The translations under genes were made by a program, and so were the position numbers. From positions 99,324,001 through 99,388,000 of the forward strand of contig NC_091480.1 in the NCBI RefSeq assembly GCF_036971445.1: 64,000 nt of DNA. The letters are read 5' to 3'. Positions within the stretch are counted from its first letter, which is position 1. Each line of letters begins with the position of its first letter. The notes beneath the pieces are model-generated. The model was not told the origin of the DNA. It did not search any database and was given only the letters and a program-made list of their open reading frames with translations. The stretch comes from Narcine bancroftii (taxonomy: Eukaryota). Positions 63,746-64,000 of the stretch are shown here, piece after piece.

Positions 63746-64000
63746 TCCCCCAAAATCCATCACCTCACATTCGAAGGATTAAATTCCTTTTGCTAATTCT
63801 TGACAGATCTTACCAATTGATCAATATCACTCTGCAGTGAAGGATGCCCACCTCACTATTGACATTACCAATCTTCACACTTGTAAACTAGCTAATCACA
63901 TCCAGATATCATTGCTTATAAGAAATCAATAGATGCCAGCACAAATGGCCACAAAAACAATTCTTGACCATCATCCTTGGCCTTATGTCTCCAAACCCAA

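Overview
Vertebrate nuclear DNA, most likely a cartilaginous fish such as a ray or skate. This is inferred from the dense CR1/HER1-like LINEs, HE1/V-SINE-like tRNA SINEs, Penelope-like elements, and Rex1, L1, RTE and Gypsy remnants. Two genes are recognisable on the minus strand. CCDC103/DNAAF19 has three coding exons (22319-22177, 15142-15013, 11869-11411; 243 aa, splice phases consistent). FAM187A lies downstream as a single coding exon (6843-5596). A CpG-rich island at about 28.33-28.63 kb carries clustered RFX X-box-like motifs and looks like a bidirectional promoter. It is flanked on both sides by minisatellites whose G-rich strands point outwards. On its plus-strand side, where human has EFTUD2, there is an unrecognised 210-aa basic ORF with a Cys-rich N-terminus and five degenerate 22-aa repeats, a splice acceptor and a polyA signal. 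The best candidate for a new system is this possible RFX-driven cilium/sperm cluster (orphan ORF + CCDC103 + FAM187A). The rest is mostly nested transposon debris, some of it young with clear target-site duplications (TSDs). There is one 312-N assembly gap. All identifications are by eye and memory of protein families; no database searches were run.
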